Virus record (IMG/VR): IMGVR_UViG_3300020057_001232
Location: 32,001 to 96,000 of that record
DNA length: 64,000 nucleotides
Reading direction: 5' to 3' (one strand)
Source: a virus
A program made the position numbers and the translations under genes. The notes beneath the pieces were generated by a model. It searched no databases, was not told the DNA's origin, and saw only the letters and a list, made by a program, of their open reading frames with translations. Positions 45,300 to 55,500 of this stretch are shown here, in pieces (the stretch's first letter is position 1; the number at the start of each line of letters is the position of its first letter).

Positions 45300-45677
45300 A
45301 TGATCCGCATCTCTATAAATTTGACCTATCCTTCTTTTGCAGCCCTCTCGGGGGATGACCAAAAGCACATCGCCGTGTCGTTAAGCACGCACCTTATCAA
45401 TTCGTTGCGTTTGAATTACCAATCGTACCCGTTGAATACGGCAACCGTTGGCGACTTCGCAGTCAACCAGCGTGACTACATCGTTTCAATGAGGCGACCG
45501 CTTCTCTTCTCCCGCACTGCCTTCACAATGTTCGGCAACATCAATGAAGACTCCTACCTAGCCGCACACATGGGGCACCACGTAGCAGCTCTTGTTGAGC
45601 AAGGTGTTATCGTTGTCACCGACACTGATACGATGATGGATTTGACTCCAGCCGATATCCTTACTTTCACTCCTTAA
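45300..45677 (+). CDS. hypothetical protein
   Basis: ORF. Confidence 0.5.
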   Translation: MIRISINLTYPSFAALSGDDQKHIAVSLSTHLINSLRLNYQSYPLNTATVGDFAVNQRDYIVSMRRPLLFSRTAFTMFGNINEDSYLAAHMGHHVAALVEQGVIVVTDTDTMMDLTPADILTFTP

Positions 45678-45699
45678 TATCTTCTGGTATTGTTTCAAC

Positions 45700-46242
45700 A
45701 TGACAATACCAGAATACGTCCTTTCCTTTGATCCAGGTCAAAAAGACACTACTTGGGCATATTGCCTATCGACAGTTAAAGACGGTGAGTTTACGCCCGT
45801 AGAAGCTGGCTTCTCTCCCGTTTTTGAAGAACTAGGTACTTTAGACTTCAGCAAGCATTTACAATTTAAAGAACGCTTGGTAACTTCATACGGTACAAGT
45901 ATTGATCTTGTTGCTGAAAGGTTTATAGCTAGAGGCTTTGCGGCGAAGATCGGCGAGTACATCCCATTCACTTTGGGTTTTTGGTCACATGCTTGGCAGG
46001 TAGGAAACGTGAAGCTTTTAATGGCTTCACAGTGGAAGATCCCCTTCAAGCGGTTCAACTCCAAATACAAGTTCGAGGATAAGCGGTTAGAAAACTGGTG
46101 GGAAGACAGGTTCGCCTATCTGACCACCGAAGAAAACCGAAAGAAGAAAATCGTCCATATACAAGATGCTACCGCTATAGGTTTGTTTTATTACCGAAAG
46201 ATATTGGGTGTAGATTGCAAGCTTCAAGGTCTTCCGTTTTAG
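45700..46242 (+). CDS. RuvC-like Holliday junction resolvase
   Basis: LSFDPG, LVAERF, SQWK, HIQDATAIG. Confidence 0.7.
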   Translation: MTIPEYVLSFDPGQKDTTWAYCLSTVKDGEFTPVEAGFSPVFEELGTLDFSKHLQFKERLVTSYGTSIDLVAERFIARGFAAKIGEYIPFTLGFWSHAWQVGNVKLLMASQWKIPFKRFNSKYKFEDKRLENWWEDRFAYLTTEENRKKKIVHIQDATAIGLFYYRKILGVDCKLQGLPF

Positions 46243-46259
46243 GCGAGAACGTTTATTTA

Positions 46260-46868
46260 ATGAAACACGACTTTAAATGTCCCTACGCAGAAGCCGAGCT
46301 GAGACGCCCGTGCGAAGTGGGTAGCTGCAACTTCAACCTTGCGGACAGTCATATTAGTCGAACCTATAAACGGTGCTTCCTCAACTATCAAGAGTCGCTC
46401 CGCTACAACCCTTTCGCCCTCGAAAAAGACAAGAGCTTCGACTACAACGCCCTCCCTTTGAAGCAGAAGCACCAACTTGTAGCCTCCTTTTTCAACACTA
46501 ACTCTCTAGAGGTGGATAGGGTCCACGGCGAATTTTACGCAAGCATCTTCGCCGTTATGGTGGAAGATACGGTCGTCGGTCTGAAAAGACAGCGGCTTTC
46601 CCCCGTGCCTTTTAAACAATGTGCCGTCTGCGGTAACGAGTGCGATCACCTCTACTACCCCAAGTCAAATGCCTTGCCGGAAGGCTACGGCTACTGTGCC
46701 TATACCTGTTTTCAGCTAAAACCACCGCCAGTGCTCGTCGTAGAGAAAAACCTCGAAGTCGATTTCTTTGATCTTCTTAAAGCCTTAGCTGCTGAGACAA
46801 CCCAAGACCGTCCCCGCTTCGTGCGTCAGATTGTGGACTGGATCTTGAGCCGCACGCCTCTTGTTTGA
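46260..46868 (+). CDS. Cys-rich hypothetical protein
   Basis: CPY...C...C and CAVC...C...C clusters. Confidence 0.55.
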   Translation: MKHDFKCPYAEAELRRPCEVGSCNFNLADSHISRTYKRCFLNYQESLRYNPFALEKDKSFDYNALPLKQKHQLVASFFNTNSLEVDRVHGEFYASIFAVMVEDTVVGLKRQRLSPVPFKQCAVCGNECDHLYYPKSNALPEGYGYCAYTCFQLKPPPVLVVEKNLEVDFFDLLKALAAETTQDRPRFVRQIVDWILSRTPLV

Positions 46869-46958
46869 CTAAAAGATTTGGTTGGTTAGCAAAGAAGAAA
46901 GATTCTATGCAAATGGAATCATTAGCGAGCATTACAGTAAAACCCTGAGGACAAAAAA

Positions 46959-47777
46959 ATGAATAGAATCAACGACAAGATCCTAGACAAGCTTCGTGCG
47001 AAGCTTGCAAAGGAAACCCCCTACCGTAGTGACTTCGTACTGGCAGACTTTCAAGTTCTAGACGCAGACCGTGGTACTGCCACAGTCCTCGTTCATTATG
47101 ACGAGAGAGCATTTGGTGTTCCAAGCAAAGAAACCGTAGCCGAGTCCCTTCTTCATCTTTACCGTGCCCAAGACGGTCGTCCTCGTTTGCTAGCAGACGC
47201 CGCTACTGTTAAGCATTACCCCAAACACCAAGCCGTATCGTGTACGGTTCGCCTTCCAACGATCCGTCGTCCAATCGAAGACGTGAAGCGTTTCAACTTG
47301 AAGCCAATCGTTGCCGGTACCGTTTTCCTCGGCGAAAACATGGAAGACACTTGGAAAGTTGGCAAGTCGGCTGAAGGTTCGATCTTTATTGAGCGCCTCG
47401 AAGACGACGATATCGACACCATCCTTCGTGAACGCAGCAAGAGCAAAGCATTCCGCACCCACGCCACCACGTCCCTTACCCTTAACCGCATCGCAGCGTC
47501 GGCTTCCGAGATCAACTACTCGGTCGGTGACAAAGTGAACTGCGCTTACAAAGGCAAAATGCGTGCAGGCGAGATCGTCGGTCTTTCGGCTCTCGGCGCT
47601 CAAGTTCGCTTCGGCGACGGCGAGCAAGCAACTCTAACGACGGCAGCTCTTCACGGTCTTGTGAAAGCGGCAGCGAAGAGTAACCAAGTCAACAAGCAAG
47701 CGTTGAAGGAATACTACCGCAAAGCTTACGGCTTTGGCGAAGCAGAACTAGACAAGCTTGTCAGCACAATCGACTAA
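46959..47777 (+). CDS. hypothetical protein, possibly virion-associated
   Basis: GAGG RBS; SH3-like C-terminus; codon usage like highly expressed genes. Confidence 0.55.
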   Translation: MNRINDKILDKLRAKLAKETPYRSDFVLADFQVLDADRGTATVLVHYDERAFGVPSKETVAESLLHLYRAQDGRPRLLADAATVKHYPKHQAVSCTVRLPTIRRPIEDVKRFNLKPIVAGTVFLGENMEDTWKVGKSAEGSIFIERLEDDDIDTILRERSKSKAFRTHATTSLTLNRIAASASEINYSVGDKVNCAYKGKMRAGEIVGLSALGAQVRFGDGEQATLTTAALHGLVKAAAKSNQVNKQALKEYYRKAYGFGEAELDKLVSTID

Positions 47778-47787
47778 GTTAGGAGTT

Positions 47788-48303
47788 GTGGTGGAAGGCT
47801 TTAAGCTCAAGTCGCAACCTAAAACGGTTGCTCAGGCAGTTATATTTGCTGAAGCTCACATTCGGGCTTTGGGGCTGCCTGAGCTTTCGCCTCTTTCGTT
47901 CGTTCAAAAAATCAACGCCAACGAAGTAGTGGCAGGGATCTTTCCGCTGACCAAGCTGCGAGAGAAGGAAGTTGTTCCGGGGCTTAAGCTTCAGAACGGC
48001 TCGTCCGTAATCGAAGTGGTGCGGATGATCCCTACCAACCGTGAGGTGGTTTACAAGAACAACAGAGGGGGGCTCTTTCGAATCCCCGCCGAAAAGTTCG
48101 TCAAATTAGCTATCCAGCAAGGATACCGCAAAGTCTGGAACATTAGAAACTTCCTTATCACACTGAAGACACTTCTTAAGCCCGTGCTTGATGCCATACC
48201 TCTTATGTGGGTATTGAAATGGGTTCTCGGTGCGATACGTAAGCGTCCAGGTGCGTCCTTTCAGGATAAGCTTCCGAAGCAAACTGATAGGATTGAAAAG
48301 TGA
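47788..48303 (+). CDS. hypothetical protein
   Basis: AGGAG RBS before GTG. Confidence 0.5.
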   Translation: MVEGFKLKSQPKTVAQAVIFAEAHIRALGLPELSPLSFVQKINANEVVAGIFPLTKLREKEVVPGLKLQNGSSVIEVVRMIPTNREVVYKNNRGGLFRIPAEKFVKLAIQQGYRKVWNIRNFLITLKTLLKPVLDAIPLMWVLKWVLGAIRKRPGASFQDKLPKQTDRIEK

Positions 48304-48992
48304 ATGATGACGACTTTACACTTGAGCTGACCAAGCTCGTACAGGAAGCCTCAGACAAGAAGATCATAAAGCGTGAGCCGAAGATCATTAAGTCTGCGGA
48401 TATCTCTCGTCTGCCTGAGACCAAAGCCAAAATTGCCAAAATGCAAAAGGACGGCTTTACGCCGGAGCAGATCGCTCAAGCTATGGGCTTTCCCCAAGAG
48501 CAGATCGCCCAATTTTTAGATGACGACGTAGAAGTAGGCACGCCGGAGCAAATTCTTCAAGAAAGCTTGAAGACATTGTTATCGCTAGTGCCTATTGCGG
48601 ACTCTGTTTACCGTAACATGCCTACGTTTCAAAACTCGTTGGCGGTTACGGGTCTTATCGACTCGTCGAAGTCTTTACTGCAAGAGTTGTCACATCTACA
48701 GAATAAAGAAGAGACCTACAGGCTTATCTTAGCAAAAGTCGTACAGCCGATTATCCGAACGATGATTAGCGACATGATGACTGAGCTTAGGGTGGTCTTT
48801 AAGTCCATTGACAGTAATCCTTCTAAAGAACACCTAGAAACTGATCTACAGACTGCTGCCGTCAACATAGGTAAAAAGTTCGACGACGCCTACAGGAGAT
48901 CGAATGAATCCCTTGCTGTTGCTCTCGGCTTAAACCCAGATGCCAAAGCGAGGGTTCTCGCAGGGATGGCATTAGCAGAGGAAAAGTCATGA
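48300..48992 (+). CDS. helical protein with HTH-like segment
   Basis: GFTPEQIAQAMGFPQEQI. Confidence 0.5.
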   Translation: MNDDDFTLELTKLVQEASDKKIIKREPKIIKSADISRLPETKAKIAKMQKDGFTPEQIAQAMGFPQEQIAQFLDDDVEVGTPEQILQESLKTLLSLVPIADSVYRNMPTFQNSLAVTGLIDSSKSLLQELSHLQNKEETYRLILAKVVQPIIRTMISDMMTELRVVFKSIDSNPSKEHLETDLQTAAVNIGKKFDDAYRRSNESLAVALGLNPDAKARVLAGMALAEEKS

Positions 48993-50053
48993 AATATAAG
49001 GTAAGTGCAAAATACAAGCTCGTTGTGGCAAACCGTAAGCAGCGCTATTTCGAAATTCTTCGTGACGTTCCTTATCCTGACGCACACAAACAGCAAGTTG
49101 TAGACCACATCATGAAGCTCTTCGACAGAGAAGACCGCATTATGTGGTACCTGCGTAGGGCTCGTGCGGCTGACCTTGCTGAAATTTCCTTGAAAGAGCC
49201 AGCACACTTCGAACAGTTTAAAGCCGCTCTCGGCGGTGACGAAGCATTACAGAAGCTTCTCGACGGCAAAGACAAAGCTAAGCAACGTCTCGCCCGTATT
49301 GTGAATGCCCCAATCGACACACCAAAATGGACGGAGCGTGTTGAAGCCCTCTACGAAGAGGGGCAAGCTCTTGCTCGCCACGTCAGCGAGCTTACTAAGA
49401 TCTTAGCCGAAGCCAAAGAGCTTCAAATGAAAACGGTTCTCGACTACAACTTCCCCGCCGAACAAAGCGCAGATGACCTCATTGCACAGCTCAAATCTCG
49501 CTATGCTGCGGAGAAAGCACAGCTACCCGACCCACGGCATCTCCGTCCTGTAGACGCCGAAAAGCCAGTCATTGAGTTCCCAAACGGCTGGGCATGGGTA
49601 CTTGTAGATAAAGAAACATGTAAACGTGAAGCGGGAGCCATGGAGCACTGCGGCAACTCTAATTACAAAGAGGGTGACCGCATTTACTCCCTTAGGGAGC
49701 CCATCGAACACGGCAAGAAAAAGGAGCGTCTTTGGAAGCCGCACCTCACCTTCATCATAAACAACGGTAACGTTACCGAGATGAAAGGTTTTAGAAATTC
49801 TAAACCTAAAAAAGAACTACACAGCTACATCTTAAAGCTTCTAGAAAGCCCTGTCGTAAAACATGTCGTCGGTGGTGGCTACAAGCCGCAGAATAACTTC
49901 TCTTTGCATGATCTTGACGACGCATTGCTAAAAGCCTTGCTTCGTAAAAAACCTGATATTGACAAAGAGAACGACCAGCACGATCATGACGAATATGAAA
50001 ACGACTTTGATGATAATGAGAACTATGACGATGAGGACGAAGACGACAGATGA
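48989..50053 (+). CDS. PcfJ-like domain protein, paralog of 2566..4164
   Basis: REDRIMWYLR, FPNGWAW, EAGAMEHCGN, SLREP, LWKPH, EMKGFRN, GGGY...NF. Confidence 0.6.
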   Translation: MKYKVSAKYKLVVANRKQRYFEILRDVPYPDAHKQQVVDHIMKLFDREDRIMWYLRRARAADLAEISLKEPAHFEQFKAALGGDEALQKLLDGKDKAKQRLARIVNAPIDTPKWTERVEALYEEGQALARHVSELTKILAEAKELQMKTVLDYNFPAEQSADDLIAQLKSRYAAEKAQLPDPRHLRPVDAEKPVIEFPNGWAWVLVDKETCKREAGAMEHCGNSNYKEGDRIYSLREPIEHGKKKERLWKPHLTFIINNGNVTEMKGFRNSKPKKELHSYILKLLESPVVKHVVGGGYKPQNNFSLHDLDDALLKALLRKKPDIDKENDQHDHDEYENDFDDNENYDDEDEDDR

Positions 50054-50098
50054 AGTTATTTCGACTGGTGCCTCGCCGAGATTTAATAAAGAGGCACC

Positions 50099-50677
50099 AT
50101 GTTACGCACCAATTTCCAAGACTATGAAATAGTCTTCCAAGAAGCACTTTCCCTTCTGACACCAGAAGCGGGTAGCGATCTTGACCTTCACGAACTAGCC
50201 CACGAAGTCACTGAGACCTTCCTCTTCAACAACCAGTGCCAATCATCGCTAAAAGTGCATGTCGCAAAAGTAGTTGAAAAAAACTCTTGCGTTCTCACTT
50301 GGGCTGAGCATATGCTGGTTGTAGAAAATACAGATAGAAAATTTGAAGCTGTGGAAGATGCCGTAGATCTGGGTAGATTATATCTACGCTCATTACCCAC
50401 ACTGAGCCTTGAAGAACGTCGGGATTTCCTGTCGATTCTCGACGGTGACGACATTGACGACGCAGCGGTCGAGGCTCTCGCTATCAAATTAAGGAAGACA
50501 CTAGATGCTCCAGCAAGTCCCAAAAAAGTCCTCTACAAATTCTTCTACAAAGAAGAGCGATGCGGGCGACAACTCTGTTACTGGCAAAGTCTCAGCGGTC
50601 AAGAAACCGGTCGCAAAAGTTCTAAAACCGATGACAAGAGATCAAATCGAGCACGTCGTATCGCCTACTGCCATTAA
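50099..50677 (+). CDS. hypothetical protein (may be frameshift-joined with 50505..51065)
   Basis: Long overlap with the next ORF; the tail reads like an out-of-frame translation. Confidence 0.45.
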   Translation: MLRTNFQDYEIVFQEALSLLTPEAGSDLDLHELAHEVTETFLFNNQCQSSLKVHVAKVVEKNSCVLTWAEHMLVVENTDRKFEAVEDAVDLGRLYLRSLPTLSLEERRDFLSILDGDDIDDAAVEALAIKLRKTLDAPASPKKVLYKFFYKEERCGRQLCYWQSLSGQETGRKSSKTDDKRSNRARRIAYCH

Positions 50678-51065
50678 ACAGCAGTTTGACAAGTACGTCG
50701 CTCGTGGCATCCTCCCTGAGTCCTCTGTCCCGGCTGAGTTCCGTACCTCTAAAGGTTACGACGAACCGCAAGCAATTGCCGCCGACGTAGTGGATGCCGT
50801 TAAGTGGCAAGACACTAAAGTCGAAGACCTCCAAGCTATGAAGGTAAAAGACGTAAAGCAGGAACATCCTTGGGTGGACGAAATCCTTGAGAACTTTGTT
50901 GCTTACGACCTATCCCCGACACACAGCAGCGACGAAGCCCGTCTCATTTTAAACGAACTAGATAAAGAACTAGAAGCACTTGAAGAGTCTGGTTACGGAC
51001 CAGACGCTCGTGACTACGTTTTCAAGCTTAAGCGTGAGCTAGAGCTTCTTATTGAAAAGATGTGA
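50505..51065 (+). CDS. hypothetical acidic protein
   Basis: ORF. Confidence 0.5.
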   Translation: MLQQVPKKSSTNSSTKKSDAGDNSVTGKVSAVKKPVAKVLKPMTRDQIEHVVSPTAIKQQFDKYVARGILPESSVPAEFRTSKGYDEPQAIAADVVDAVKWQDTKVEDLQAMKVKDVKQEHPWVDEILENFVAYDLSPTHSSDEARLILNELDKELEALEESGYGPDARDYVFKLKRELELLIEKM

Positions 51066-51108
51066 TAAGTGGCAATACCGCCGCTAATTATACAATTAGG
51101 AGTATGTT

Positions 51109-51354
51109 ATGACTCGTTATACTAATGCCCAAATCGTCGCCGAACTTCGTCGTGTCTTCAAAGCGAACGGAGAACAGCCGTTTTCCCGCCGTGAGTACCA
51201 AGACCTTGGTGAAATTTCCAAAACCACCATCGAAAACCGTTTCGGTACGTGGTCGGCAGCCCTCGACAAGGCTCGTCTCTTGAATCGCTTCGAGAGAGCT
51301 AAGACGGTGAGCAAAAAGGTTGTGCGGAAGAGAAAAGTTTCTCGCCGCAGCTAA
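51109..51354 (+). CDS. homing-endonuclease-associated repeat (HTH-like) protein
   Basis: YT..QI..ELRRV....G...SRREY...G.IS..TI..RFGTW..AL..A. Confidence 0.7.
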   Translation: MTRYTNAQIVAELRRVFKANGEQPFSRREYQDLGEISKTTIENRFGTWSAALDKARLLNRFERAKTVSKKVVRKRKVSRRS

Positions 51355-51359
51355 CCCGA

Positions 51360-51399
51360 AAAACTGGCAGGTGAAGGTCGTTCTTTACCTGCCAGTTTT
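51360..51399 (+). terminator. long hairpin/terminator
   Basis: AAAACTGGCAGGTGAAG-GTCGTT-CTTTACCTGCCAGTTTT. Confidence 0.7.
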
Positions 51400-51428
51400 C
51401 ATTTGTCCACAGTTTTAGAGGGTAATTG

Positions 51429-52871
51429 ATGCGTGCAACATACACTGATAAGGATATCATCACCGAACTGAGACGTGTGTACCAACTGTTCGGCAAGCGT
51501 TTTACTCGAAGAGAGTACCGCACCGAAGGACAGATTGCATCGTCCGTCATCGAACATCGTTTCGGTGGATGGCAACAGGCTCTTGATGCAGCGGTGTCAG
51601 AAGACAGATTCACGCCCCGTCGTGAGCCTGCCGTAGCCGCTCCGTCTCAGAAGCGATCCGAAGAGGTACGGCTCTCTAAAGAAGAAGTCCGTATTCTTAA
51701 AGAAGAAGAGAAGATCAGTAAGCACCACGAGCGTATTCGTGAGCTTGAGCAACAACGCCAAGCTTTCTCGCCTGTGAAAGAGCTAGAGCGTGAGTGGGCA
51801 GACGAACGTCGTTCCTTGGTTGAAAAGGCTGAACAGAAACAAGTTCGCTACTTCAAAGACAAAGCCCACAAAATTGACCTCCTAGGAGAGTATGTCACCG
51901 AAGCCGTCAAAGACCTCGAACCTATGACGGTTGTCTACGAGCAACGCCCCCGTCAGCTCGTTCCTACTTCTAGCAGCGAAAACTGCACGCTTTGGTTTGA
52001 GTTCTCCGATCTTCAGCTAGGGACAAAGATGACCTTAGAGGAGATGGGTGGTCTCAACGAGCACAATTGGGAAATTTGGCGTCGTAAGCTAGAAATCTGG
52101 AAGACGCAAGCTATCGAAAAAATCGCTGCCTATGACAGTCAACGACGCCTCGATGCCGTAGTCCTTGCCTGCCTTGGCGACATGGTTGAAGGTCAAGACA
52201 TCTTCGCTAGTCAGATTTGGCAAATTGACCGCCCGGTCGTAGATCAAGCCACGCAAGGTGCGGAAGATACGGCAGCAGCCTTTGCTGAGATCTGCCTGAC
52301 CTTTCCCCATATCAAATTCAAGATTTTGGAAGTGTTCGGTAACCACGGGCGTATCGGTAAAAAAGGTGAAACACCTTACGCCAACAGCATGGACAAAGTG
52401 TACCAACGCTTTCTTCAGCTACGGCTTGCCGCTATTAGAGAAATCACCAACCTGACCTATTTTGAAAATGAGTCTTGGTTCTACTTCACACAGCTTTATG
52501 GGTGGAATCACCTCTTGCTGCATGGTGACCAAGGCATGTCGTCTTTGTGGTCGAACCGTCCTACGGTGAACGGTCTTGAAAAGGGCATCACACGGTATAA
52601 CCAAATGCTCCAAGGGCAAGTTCACTTCGTCCATTGTGGTCACTTTCACAACGACTGGCAGCTTTCCATGAACATGGCACAGCTACTAATCAACGGATCT
52701 TTTATTGGAACCTCGAACTTTTCGGCGTCGAAAATGGTGGCTTCTGGACCTCCGGTCCAAGTCATGCATGTCTTTGAGCCAAGGGTTGGACTCGCTCGGA
52801 CGGAACGAATCCATTTAGTGGATGGTGACGTAAGAAATCCAATCAAACCGAAAAGCATCATTACAGATTAA
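51429..52871 (+). CDS. metallophosphoesterase with N-terminal HTH-like repeat and coiled coil
   Basis: FSDLQLG, LGDMVEG, GNHGR, LHGD, GHFH; N-terminus paralogous to 51109..51354. Confidence 0.85.
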   Translation: MRATYTDKDIITELRRVYQLFGKRFTRREYRTEGQIASSVIEHRFGGWQQALDAAVSEDRFTPRREPAVAAPSQKRSEEVRLSKEEVRILKEEEKISKHHERIRELEQQRQAFSPVKELEREWADERRSLVEKAEQKQVRYFKDKAHKIDLLGEYVTEAVKDLEPMTVVYEQRPRQLVPTSSSENCTLWFEFSDLQLGTKMTLEEMGGLNEHNWEIWRRKLEIWKTQAIEKIAAYDSQRRLDAVVLACLGDMVEGQDIFASQIWQIDRPVVDQATQGAEDTAAAFAEICLTFPHIKFKILEVFGNHGRIGKKGETPYANSMDKVYQRFLQLRLAAIREITNLTYFENESWFYFTQLYGWNHLLLHGDQGMSSLWSNRPTVNGLEKGITRYNQMLQGQVHFVHCGHFHNDWQLSMNMAQLLINGSFIGTSNFSASKMVASGPPVQVMHVFEPRVGLARTERIHLVDGDVRNPIKPKSIITD

Positions 52872-52950
52872 CTGCTACAAGATCTTAACCTTCCTTACCT
52901 ATAATCATGCATCATGATAAACTGGTACTTGAGTAGCAGGAGGAACAGCA

Positions 52951-53235
52951 ATGGAAGGTTTAGCAGCAGATAGGATTTTCGAGATCGTAGGCATGATAAG
53001 TGCCTGCTCCTTCATCATCATCGCCGTGGGTGACTTCCTGTCACGCAGCATGGACATAATCGTAACAAGAGTCTTCGCTCCTAAGGAAACGATGCTAGCT
53101 AAGCAGGTCGTTTTTACTTGGGGTCTTCTGAAGGCTCTGTACGAAGAGTTTCGTGCGTTCCTCGACAAGCTAAGTGCCTACTCCCGTCCCCGTGGAGCCA
53201 TAAATGCACCGCTGAAAGAGGAGCCAAAAAAGTGA
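52951..53235 (+). CDS. small membrane protein (holin-like?)
   Basis: One TM helix, charged C-terminus, AGGAGG RBS. Confidence 0.45.
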   Translation: MEGLAADRIFEIVGMISACSFIIIAVGDFLSRSMDIIVTRVFAPKETMLAKQVVFTWGLLKALYEEFRAFLDKLSAYSRPRGAINAPLKEEPKK

Positions 53236-53792
53236 GTAACATCCTGAGCGAGATCGAGAGTGGATATTTAAAACCGTTTCTTGATCTTCTCAGGTCGGGA
53301 GGCACGTCTGCTAAAAGACCTGCACCCGAATGGCTGTTAGGGTTCAAGACCAAAGCCTATTTCAACAGTAGCGATTTTCTGTACGCCTCCTACGCCTCTC
53401 TTCTTTCGTCCAACAAGAAACAAAAAGTAGACTTTCACAGCGAGACCGGTCTGATTCTAAAGCGGTTATATGAGTACGCCAAAGATCTACCTTCTATGAC
53501 TAGAACGTTTGATTTCTTGGAAGACTTCCGAGCCTTTATGCGGGGAGAGACCGACAAAATCCCAGCGTTTTGCGGGGGTGCTCAAGAGGCGTATGCGAAG
53601 CTGAAATACTTAGAAGGTAGTCCATACGCCTTAAGATTAATTGATGAGTACGTAGACTACAGCACCTTTTCCAAGCTTAAAACGCAGGACTTCACTGCGC
53701 TCTACAGGGTCTCAGTCTACGATTTCGCCGAAGTGATTTTGTGCTCTCTATCTGTCGATGAAGTTATAAAGTTCGTCGAGAGCAAAAGATAA
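53232..53792 (+). CDS. hypothetical protein
   Basis: GTG start overlapping the upstream stop. Confidence 0.5.
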   Translation: MSNILSEIESGYLKPFLDLLRSGGTSAKRPAPEWLLGFKTKAYFNSSDFLYASYASLLSSNKKQKVDFHSETGLILKRLYEYAKDLPSMTRTFDFLEDFRAFMRGETDKIPAFCGGAQEAYAKLKYLEGSPYALRLIDEYVDYSTFSKLKTQDFTALYRVSVYDFAEVILCSLSVDEVIKFVESKR

Positions 53793-53803
53793 AAAGGTAA
53801 TTT

Positions 53804-55021
53804 ATGACCATTCAAGGTGCAGCTTTTCAAGGAACCACTCAGGAAACATCGAGGGTCCTGAAGAGGGGTCAACTTGAATTTTTCTTTTTCAAGTTCTTCT
53901 ATGACCAAGCTGAAACGCAACCGGTCATGCCTATCGACGCCCAAACCCACCCCAACTTCCGCATCCTTTCGCCTACGGGAGACATGCTTGCTCAAGGTGT
54001 CGCCGTGCCGGGAGCTTCTCCTGGCATTTGGCGGACGGGTTGGGTTGTACCCAGAGATGCTGCCTTAACTAACGTCCACAAGCGCTACCGCCTTCAAGTG
54101 GTAATGGTGGACTCAAACCTGCGCCAGTTTGAGACAAGTTTTGAGTTCGACGTAGTAGAGACGGAAGTTCCCGCACAGACGCCCGAGCTTCAACAGCTTA
54201 TGACGTTCGTCGGCGAGCCGTTGCGTATCAGTTTTATGAATACGGTAAGACCTGAGCTTTTGCGCCTCAGGGTGTCCCCGAGAGGGTTCGACGCAACCGT
54301 TCTTCATTATGCGACTTGGACACCGAACGTAACGGGACCGAACAATCTCATCGAAGTCGAAAGAGACAACTTCTTCGTCTATTACACGGACATTCCGTCG
54401 TTTCCGACTGCTGGCGAATACTCAGCTATTTGGACGGTACGTGACTTCCCGGAGAGTCAACAAGAGCTAGAGCACCAATCCATAGAAGTCGTGACGACTA
54501 CACAGATGCACCTCATTAAGTCGCTACGGATGTTGATTGATAAACTACAGAAAAAGCTTGGAATTGTTTATGCTTACACCAACGAACAGCTCATCGAATA
54601 CATCAAAAAGGGTACAGCACTTGTCAACTCCTACTTTCCCCCGACTAACTTTACCCCTAACGATATACCTGCGTCTTTAGAGGCGTTTTCGGTACTGGCG
54701 GCGGCGTGGTGGGGTCTTAATGCACAGAGGATGCTCTATGCAGAAACTATGTTGGAATTTAGTGGGCAAACGGTCACTCTCGGGTACAACCCAGGAGCGG
54801 AGCTTGAGGGTATTGCCGCAAGCTTTAAAGAAACACTCGACTCGCAGCTTAAAGCCACAAAGAAATCACTCTTCCGTGCGGGCTCAGCCGTTGGGTTTAT
54901 TGCGACTCGTCCTCAGCGTAACCGTGGCGGCGTCGTCTTCAAAGTCAGCAATTACTCAGGCAGCAGCAACAATAATAACATCCTCGGCACCCTGGCTGCA
55001 TACGGGCTACCGCTCGATTGA
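53804..55021 (+). CDS. putative virion neck/adaptor protein
   Basis: Ig-like N-terminal part; helical C-terminal part LRMLIDK...YTNEQL...EFSGQTVTL. Confidence 0.5.
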   Translation: MTIQGAAFQGTTQETSRVLKRGQLEFFFFKFFYDQAETQPVMPIDAQTHPNFRILSPTGDMLAQGVAVPGASPGIWRTGWVVPRDAALTNVHKRYRLQVVMVDSNLRQFETSFEFDVVETEVPAQTPELQQLMTFVGEPLRISFMNTVRPELLRLRVSPRGFDATVLHYATWTPNVTGPNNLIEVERDNFFVYYTDIPSFPTAGEYSAIWTVRDFPESQQELEHQSIEVVTTTQMHLIKSLRMLIDKLQKKLGIVYAYTNEQLIEYIKKGTALVNSYFPPTNFTPNDIPASLEAFSVLAAAWWGLNAQRMLYAETMLEFSGQTVTLGYNPGAELEGIAASFKETLDSQLKATKKSLFRAGSAVGFIATRPQRNRGGVVFKVSNYSGSSNNNNILGTLAAYGLPLD

Positions 55022-55121
55022 CGGTCGGTTAGCTTCTCTTCTTCTATTTATCCCCTTACTGAAAAAGTTCTTAGGGAGGGCACATTACGTGCTCTTGTCT
55101 CCCTATTCCCTGGAGGTATCT

Positions 55122-55499
55122 ATGAGTATGGCTGATGAAAGATTCTACAAACGCAAACTCAACGAGATGGAGCAGGACATTAAACGCTTACAGCGTGAGA
55201 TCCAAAAGCTCCGTGCGATGCAAAAGAACTCCCGTCGAACTCCAGACAAGCAGCTTACGAGAACCCTTCAACGAGAAGCTGACTTGCAGGAAGTCTTCGA
55301 CCAAATGCAAGCCGCCGAGTTTCAGCCGGTACAAGTCGAAATTATAAAAGAGAGAAAGTGCGACAACCGCTGTAAACAATGCCAGTCTGACAACGTGCAT
55401 CAGATCCAAGCTGGTATGCGTACAGTAATAGTTTGCGGAGATTGCTCTTCCAGGTATACTGTTAAGACCAAAGAATACGAGGTAGCGAAACTGGCTTAA
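55122..55499 (+). CDS. coiled-coil plus zinc-ribbon protein
   Basis: GGAGG RBS before MSMADE; CKQC...CGDC. Confidence 0.6.
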   Translation: MSMADERFYKRKLNEMEQDIKRLQREIQKLRAMQKNSRRTPDKQLTRTLQREADLQEVFDQMQAAEFQPVQVEIIKERKCDNRCKQCQSDNVHQIQAGMRTVIVCGDCSSRYTVKTKEYEVAKLA

Positions 55500-55500
55500 T

